Source: Oligoflexales bacterium (lineage in GTDB: Bacteria; Bdellovibrionota_B; Oligoflexia; Oligoflexales; CAIYRB01). Taken from it: a DNA stretch of 64,000 nucleotides. The stretch is taken from assembly GCA_041736175.1 (NCBI GenBank), contig JBGSUI010000056.1, positions 1 through 64,000 on the forward strand, read 5' to 3'. The translations under genes were made by a program, and so were the position numbers. Below the pieces are notes generated by a model. It saw only the letters and a program-made list of their open reading frames with translations, did no database searches and was not told the DNA's origin. The stretch's first letter is position 1. The number at the start of each line of letters is the position of its first letter. Positions 58,617 through 64,000 of the stretch are shown here, piece after piece.

Positions 58617-60284
58617 ATGTTTAACCAATTTGGTCTCCGATTCAAACTCATGTCAGGATTCTCTCTGATCGCGGCGATCTTGTTATGTGTGAGCTTCGTG
58701 TCCTACACCCGACTCAAAGAAACGGTCTCCGCCTACGATCATGTGGTGTCCGTAAACTTTCCAGATTATGTCTCCCTCTCCCAAATCGTGGATAATGGAA
58801 GGCGGCTTAATATTATGATTGCTCGGGTCACAGGTTCAAGTCTCTCCCCACTGGAGCACAAAAGTCTCACGGAAGAACTACAGTCCATCATTGTGGCGAT
58901 TGACAAGGCAAAAAAGGAATATCTATCTGTAACTTTTGCCAAAGGCGAAGAGGAAATGTGGAATCTGATGGACCAACGCCTTAAGGCTTGTATCGAGCAT
59001 ACCAAAAAGACTTTAGATCTTTCGAGATTTACAAAGCCAGAAGATCTTAAGCGCAGAGATGCCGTGGCCGCGGCATATGAACCTTTGCGCAAAGCTTATC
59101 GGGAGGCTATGGAAAAATTAATGGTTTTTCAAGGTAAAGAAACCGAAAAATGGTCGAAGATGGCAGATAAAGGCGCAGAAAATGGCGAAAAAATGATCTT
59201 GATCATGGCTTTCTTAGGTTGCGCGACGGCCTTAGTGATCGGAGTTCTTTTCTCAACGTCCATCTCCAAGGCGATGACGATGATATCTCAGCAACTCTCC
59301 CAAGGAGCCGCCGAAGTCGCCTCAGCTTCGTCCCAGATTTCCTCCACCGCCGAACAGCTGTCGTCCAGCAGCATTGAGCAGGCCTCCGCGATCCAAGAGA
59401 CCGCATCCTCCATGGAAGAGATGAGCAGCATGGTCGGCAAAAATGCCGAAAACGCAAAACGCTCGGCCACCACGGCCCGGGACGGAATGGAGGCTGCTGA
59501 GACCGGCAAAAACGTCGTGACTGAAATGTTAACAGCTATGACTGAGATCGATTCTGCCACCAAGGAAATCGGCGAGGTGGTCAAGTTAATCAGTCAAATC
59601 GAGAGCAAAACAAAAGTGATTGACGATATCGTCTTTAAGACCCAGCTGCTGTCCTTTAATGCGTCGGTCGAAGCTGCCCGTGCTGGTGAACATGGCAAGG
59701 GTTTTGCGGTGGTGGCCGAAGAAGTGGGAAATCTGGCGCAGATGAGTGGAAATGCAGCTAAGGAGATCAGTGATATGCTCAGCCAAAGCCTGGACCGTGT
59801 GGACCGGTTGATCACGTCGTCTAAACAAAAAGTTGAGGTAGGTTTACAAGTGGGAAAAAGGTGCGGTGATGTCCTAGAAGACTTGGTGACCAAGGTTTCC
59901 CAGATCAACGATATGGCAGGCGAGATTGCAGGGGCATCAGAAGAACAGGCACGGGGGGTGACGGAGATCAATAAAGCCATGAACCAGATGGACCAGATGA
60001 CCCAACAAAACGCCTCTGCAGCCCAGCAGTCAGCATCGTCTTCCGGGGAGCTTGCCCAACAGGCGGAGGCCATGCGTGCCTCAGTCGGCGATCTATTACG
60101 ACTTCTCCATGGAGCTCATGGGCCCACGAGCCTTGTGGTTCAGAGTGGTCCGGTGATTTCTTCCATGCCGACATCGCTTAAATCCAAGCCAGCGGCGCCC
60201 TTAAGAGCGGTAGCAAGGTCTAAGCCTAAGGCTGTGCCAAAGGTGCCTAGTGCCTCCGATCCTGGCTTTGACGAAGCAGCGTAG
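58617..60284 (+). CDS. Methyl-accepting chemotaxis protein (2 TM, 4HB-like sensor, no evident HAMP)
   Basis: LLSFNASVEAARAGEHGKGFAVVAEEV hairpin; EQAS..ET and QQNA methylation helices. Confidence 0.95.
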   Translation: MFNQFGLRFKLMSGFSLIAAILLCVSFVSYTRLKETVSAYDHVVSVNFPDYVSLSQIVDNGRRLNIMIARVTGSSLSPLEHKSLTEELQSIIVAIDKAKKEYLSVTFAKGEEEMWNLMDQRLKACIEHTKKTLDLSRFTKPEDLKRRDAVAAAYEPLRKAYREAMEKLMVFQGKETEKWSKMADKGAENGEKMILIMAFLGCATALVIGVLFSTSISKAMTMISQQLSQGAAEVASASSQISSTAEQLSSSSIEQASAIQETASSMEEMSSMVGKNAENAKRSATTARDGMEAAETGKNVVTEMLTAMTEIDSATKEIGEVVKLISQIESKTKVIDDIVFKTQLLSFNASVEAARAGEHGKGFAVVAEEVGNLAQMSGNAAKEISDMLSQSLDRVDRLITSSKQKVEVGLQVGKRCGDVLEDLVTKVSQINDMAGEIAGASEEQARGVTEINKAMNQMDQMTQQNASAAQQSASSSGELAQQAEAMRASVGDLLRLLHGAHGPTSLVVQSGPVISSMPTSLKSKPAAPLRAVARSKPKAVPKVPSASDPGFDEAA

Positions 60285-62282
60285 ATGTTTGTCGCTAAAA
60301 ATATGCTTAAGTTGGGTGATGCTGAATTTAATTTCTTTCGAGAAAAAATTCTCGAAATCTCTGCGATCTACCTAGCTGAAAACAAAAAAGACTTGGTGCG
60401 GTCGCGGCTCCTTCCCAGACTAGACGCCTATGGTCTGGGTAGTTTTGGCCAGTACCAAAATCTACTCTTGCAGCTTCCCCCCGAACATGGCGAATGGCAG
60501 GAGTTTATCAACCAGATCACCACCAACAAAACGGAGTTTTTTAGGGAACGAAGTCATTTTAATATCCTCACTCAGCAATTCCTACCTGCATGGGTCAAGA
60601 GAAACCCTCAAAAGAGTGCGAAGCTGCGTGTCTGGTCAGCAGCTTGTTCCACCGGTGAGGAGCCCTATAGCCTGGCGATGGTCCTTTTTGGTTTTTTTAA
60701 AGACTACGGACGATTTGAGATCCTAGCATCAGATATCGATACCGAGGTGCTAGCCCATGCCGAAAACGGTGTTTATCCCCTTAACAAACTCCAAGAAATT
60801 CCCGTAGAGTATCACTATTTGTCCCTAAAAAGGGGTCGAGGGCAGGTGGCAGATTGGTTTAAAATCCAGGACAGCCTTAAGAAAACCATCCAATTTAAGC
60901 GGATCAATCTAGCCCTCGAGACTATGAAGGGCCAGCCGCTTTTTGACGTGATCTTTTGCCGCAATGTATTTTTGTACTTCCAACAAACAAATATCGAAAA
61001 GGTATGCTCTCTCTTTAGCAGGCAGCTCCATAAGGACGGAATCTTAGTCCTGGGACACTCTGAGTCTTTGGGGACTCAAAATCTTTTGTGGCGCTCGACG
61101 GGGCATTCCGTTTACCAAAAGCTCGAACCGACCACTTCCCAGCAAGTCAAACCAGAAACCACAAAACGGGTTTTACCAGCTAAAGTGAATATTCCCCTTA
61201 AGCTTGTTCCCCAGCGCAAAAAAGTCCTTATCATCGATGACTCCGCGACGATGCGTAAAATGCTGAGCGGTGTTTTAGAGCGTAGTGACTCCCTGCGTGT
61301 GGTCGGCACCGTGGGCGATCCCCGGGAAACAGAGGCGGCGATCAAGGAACTAAACCCGGATGTGATCACTCTGGATCTTAAGATGCCCCATCTCAATGGA
61401 TGCGAGGTCCTGGAAAAGGTCTTATCAAGATATGCGATCCCTACGCTGATCATCAGTGCTGTCACCATCGAAGAGGGACCTGAAGTGATGCGGGCCCTTG
61501 AGTTGGGGGCCGTGGACTATATGGAAAAACCAACCTTCGAATCCCTCAAAGATAACGATGCTGGATTGATCGACCGCGTGCTCCAAGCTGCCTCGACCAA
61601 AGTCCGCAGTGGTCCCAAAAGAAAACTTTTACTCAAGACCACAGCCGCCCCTAAAAAGCTGGGAGCCTATCATAATCAAAAACCACTGATCCTGATCGGT
61701 GCTTCTACGGGGGGGATTCAGGCGATTACCGAAATATTGACCCAGCTCCCAGCATCCATACCGCCTATCCTGATTGTCCAGCATATTCCAGCGGTCTTTT
61801 CCAACGCTTTTGCTGCAAGGATGAATCAAATCTGTCCCTTTCATGTCAAGGAGGCCCAACAGGACGATCCGGTCCTGCAGGATCAGGTCCTAATCGCTCC
61901 GGGCAGTAAACATATGAAGATTCAATCGGATGGAATCAAAGGACTCAAAGTCATCCTTACAGATGAGCCGCCGGTCAACCGCCATCGACCCTCGGTGGAT
62001 GTGCTTTTTGATTCTGGAGTGGCTGCGGGACTAGGTCCAAACATCGTAGCGATTATTTTGACGGGGATGGGAAACGACGGCGCTGCGGGACTGAGACGAC
62101 TCAAGCTCCAAGGGGCACAAACCATCGCCCAGGACGAAGCTTCCAGCGCCGTGTTTGGGATGCCACGGGAGGCCATCCGGCTTAACGCTGCGGATGTTGT
62201 CTGTCCTCTGGATAAAATTGCTAAACAAATCGAAAAAATGCTTTTAGACCAGGGAAAGAAAGATTATCTGATTAAAAAATGA
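60285..62282 (+). CDS. CheR-REC-CheB fusion (methyltransferase fused to phospho-regulated methylesterase)
   Basis: ITTNKTEFFRE, WSAACSTGEEPYS, CRNV (CheR); IIDDS..TLDLKMP (REC); GASTGG, QH, RPSVD, TGMGNDG (CheB triad) in one uninterrupted ORF. Confidence 0.9.
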   Translation: MFVAKNMLKLGDAEFNFFREKILEISAIYLAENKKDLVRSRLLPRLDAYGLGSFGQYQNLLLQLPPEHGEWQEFINQITTNKTEFFRERSHFNILTQQFLPAWVKRNPQKSAKLRVWSAACSTGEEPYSLAMVLFGFFKDYGRFEILASDIDTEVLAHAENGVYPLNKLQEIPVEYHYLSLKRGRGQVADWFKIQDSLKKTIQFKRINLALETMKGQPLFDVIFCRNVFLYFQQTNIEKVCSLFSRQLHKDGILVLGHSESLGTQNLLWRSTGHSVYQKLEPTTSQQVKPETTKRVLPAKVNIPLKLVPQRKKVLIIDDSATMRKMLSGVLERSDSLRVVGTVGDPRETEAAIKELNPDVITLDLKMPHLNGCEVLEKVLSRYAIPTLIISAVTIEEGPEVMRALELGAVDYMEKPTFESLKDNDAGLIDRVLQAASTKVRSGPKRKLLLKTTAAPKKLGAYHNQKPLILIGASTGGIQAITEILTQLPASIPPILIVQHIPAVFSNAFAARMNQICPFHVKEAQQDDPVLQDQVLIAPGSKHMKIQSDGIKGLKVILTDEPPVNRHRPSVDVLFDSGVAAGLGPNIVAIILTGMGNDGAAGLRRLKLQGAQTIAQDEASSAVFGMPREAIRLNAADVVCPLDKIAKQIEKMLLDQGKKDYLIKK

Positions 62283-62367
62283 GTACACTTGAGAGTGCTT
62301 CCTTTGCAGCGCCTACGTACCTGTCGGGATGACTCCGAAGCAGCTGGACGGAGGGAGGGTGTCGAGG

Positions 62368-63444
62368 TCAGAGGGAGGGCTTAAACCAGCAGCGCGGTCT
62401 TGATCCCTGTTTTTGACCCCCATATTCTGAGCAAGCCTGAGTAGCTGACTGCAGTTCCGCCTCTCGATTATTCCGAGTTATATTATCGTGATGCCCGGGA
62501 ATGATTGACTCGTCCCAAGAAACTTGGCACAGGGCGCCTGCGATGAGCGTATCGAGGCGACATTGAAAACTAGGGTAATCCATTAGCGTCTTTTCGATCT
62601 GACTATCATCAATCCTGTCAAATGATACCGAAGAGAATAGCCCCGGCTTAGGCACCTCAGAGTAGAGATCGGGACGATCTTCTCTCCAGATATTTACGAA
62701 AACATCAATCAAATCCTTGGATGCAAGCAAAATTCGATAACAGAGATTTTGCTCATCCAATTCTTTAAATGTGGCGTCGCACTTGGCTTTGGCTGAAGGA
62801 GGTATATTATCGCGCATTTTAGCGTTTACGGCTTTTTGATGACTCCACATTTTTTTTGCGCAAATCTGGGCGGCGAAGTAATCAGATTGACCTTCATTGC
62901 TGGTCCAAAGTGGGTTGCGACTAGGTGTCCCTGCTTGATCCTCTTTAGCATATTTTTGCTCCGCCCAAGGAGATTGTGCAAAGGGAAATCCACCCATAAG
63001 GTGGCCTAATTCGTGACAAACAATAAGCGTATAGGCATCTTTCGTCATATCGGGTCGACGAGGGAATCCTCCTCCTAATCTTATATCCCAATTGCCGCTC
63101 ATTTTCTCAGCTTCTGCCTGCAGCTCGTTGCTTTCCCAATTTCTCTGTATATTGAGATCAGTATCTCCGAGTTTTTCAACAATTTTATAAAATAGCCCCC
63201 AGACATCCCAAATGACCTCTTCAAAATCAGACTTGGAAAGGCCACCTTCGCAATTCGTACAATTGGTTGGACTGGACGATCCCTCTGAAATTGAGAGAGC
63301 TCGATTGTCAGATGGGTGACGATGATCGGCTCTTCCGCACGAAATAATATTCATTGCGGTCAATAACAAAGCAAATACATTTGTTTGAACCGATTTTGCT
63401 TTGCTTAATTGCGATTTAAGGTGCCAATTCTTGAGTAAGACCAT
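62368..63444 (-). CDS. Secreted or lipoprotein zincin metalloprotease-like protein
   Basis: CHELGH (HEXXH), NEGQSDYF third-ligand motif, IIS-C possible lipobox, several Cys, YPS..CR and RPRCWF C-terminus. Confidence 0.72.
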   Translation of the reverse strand: MVLLKNWHLKSQLSKAKSVQTNVFALLLTAMNIISCGRADHRHPSDNRALSISEGSSSPTNCTNCEGGLSKSDFEEVIWDVWGLFYKIVEKLGDTDLNIQRNWESNELQAEAEKMSGNWDIRLGGGFPRRPDMTKDAYTLIVCHELGHLMGGFPFAQSPWAEQKYAKEDQAGTPSRNPLWTSNEGQSDYFAAQICAKKMWSHQKAVNAKMRDNIPPSAKAKCDATFKELDEQNLCYRILLASKDLIDVFVNIWREDRPDLYSEVPKPGLFSSVSFDRIDDSQIEKTLMDYPSFQCRLDTLIAGALCQVSWDESIIPGHHDNITRNNREAELQSATQACSEYGGQKQGSRPRCWFKPSL

Positions 63445-64000
63445 GGGAGCTATTTTTTCCTCTTCTTATAGATACATATCTTGATCAGAAGCACTCGCGG
63501 TAGGTTTGTCGACGACGGGTGTTGGAGATGGCTATTTACCTGTGAAGAACTGTTGGATCCAGAACACCCAACCATCGATAGGCCAATCCACGCTCAAATC
63601 ATTGAATTTTTTATTTTTTAACCTTTATATAAACTTGTGTTAAACACTAAAAAAACATTATATTAATTAATGTTTATTACTAAAATTTTCAATATAAAAA
63701 TTTATAAAATTAAAAGACAGCGAAATTATTTACGATTTTAGCAACATGAGAACCGGCGCTTTGCGGATACTGAGCTACCTTGGCGGAGTCATCGAGCCTT
63801 ACACCAAAGGCAAGCACCTTACAATCGACTCGGTGATACCCCAGCATTGTATTCAGCTTTCAGAATCTAGTGGATTAGGGTATTTTCATCCTTCTCAGAT
63901 GGCATAACTTGATCAAGAAAAAAATAGTGAATTTACGAATATCTAAAGAGGTAGTTTGGAGTGATGGACCAGAAAATCTCATTGTCAATGGAAGTGCACA

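Noticed and set aside
63746..63907. 53-codon plus-strand ORF near the window end
   Set aside because: No RBS or recognisable motif; cannot be evaluated without downstream sequence.

Overview
Gene-dense bacterial chromosomal window with about 47 CDS. I found no rRNA, tRNA, CRISPR array, transposase or integrase. The gene content (HAMP-less MCP with FKTQLLSFNAS, many orphan lipoproteins, PilZ and PEGA proteins) suggests Bdellovibrionota/Oligoflexia, which is an inference. Housekeeping genes include dapF, dapB, aroC, kdsB, cysQ, a hemF-like gene, a P-type ATPase, beta-oxidation genes, phoX and a full-length cyclic beta-1,2-glucan synthase. The most notable observations are: (1) a cheY-less chemosensory operon (P2-less CheA, CheW, MCP, CheR-REC-CheB fusion) divergent from a triple-receiver adenylate cyclase, with sigma28-like promoters on both sides; (2) an accessory block at 49.1-54.1 kb with four paralogous small lipoproteins bracketed by a dispersed palindrome, an ATPase-nuclease preceded by four alternating operator-like boxes with exact 26-bp period, and an MqsA-like/orphan/DUF6011-like three-gene operon; (3) a CBM10 + expansin-like lipoprotein; (4) a CsgG/FlgT-like PEGA-TPR giant lipoprotein operon; (5) a PIG-B-like GT22 glycosyltransferase; (6) a peptidase-propeller-barrel outer-membrane protein. 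All family calls are motif recognition by eye; no database searches were run.
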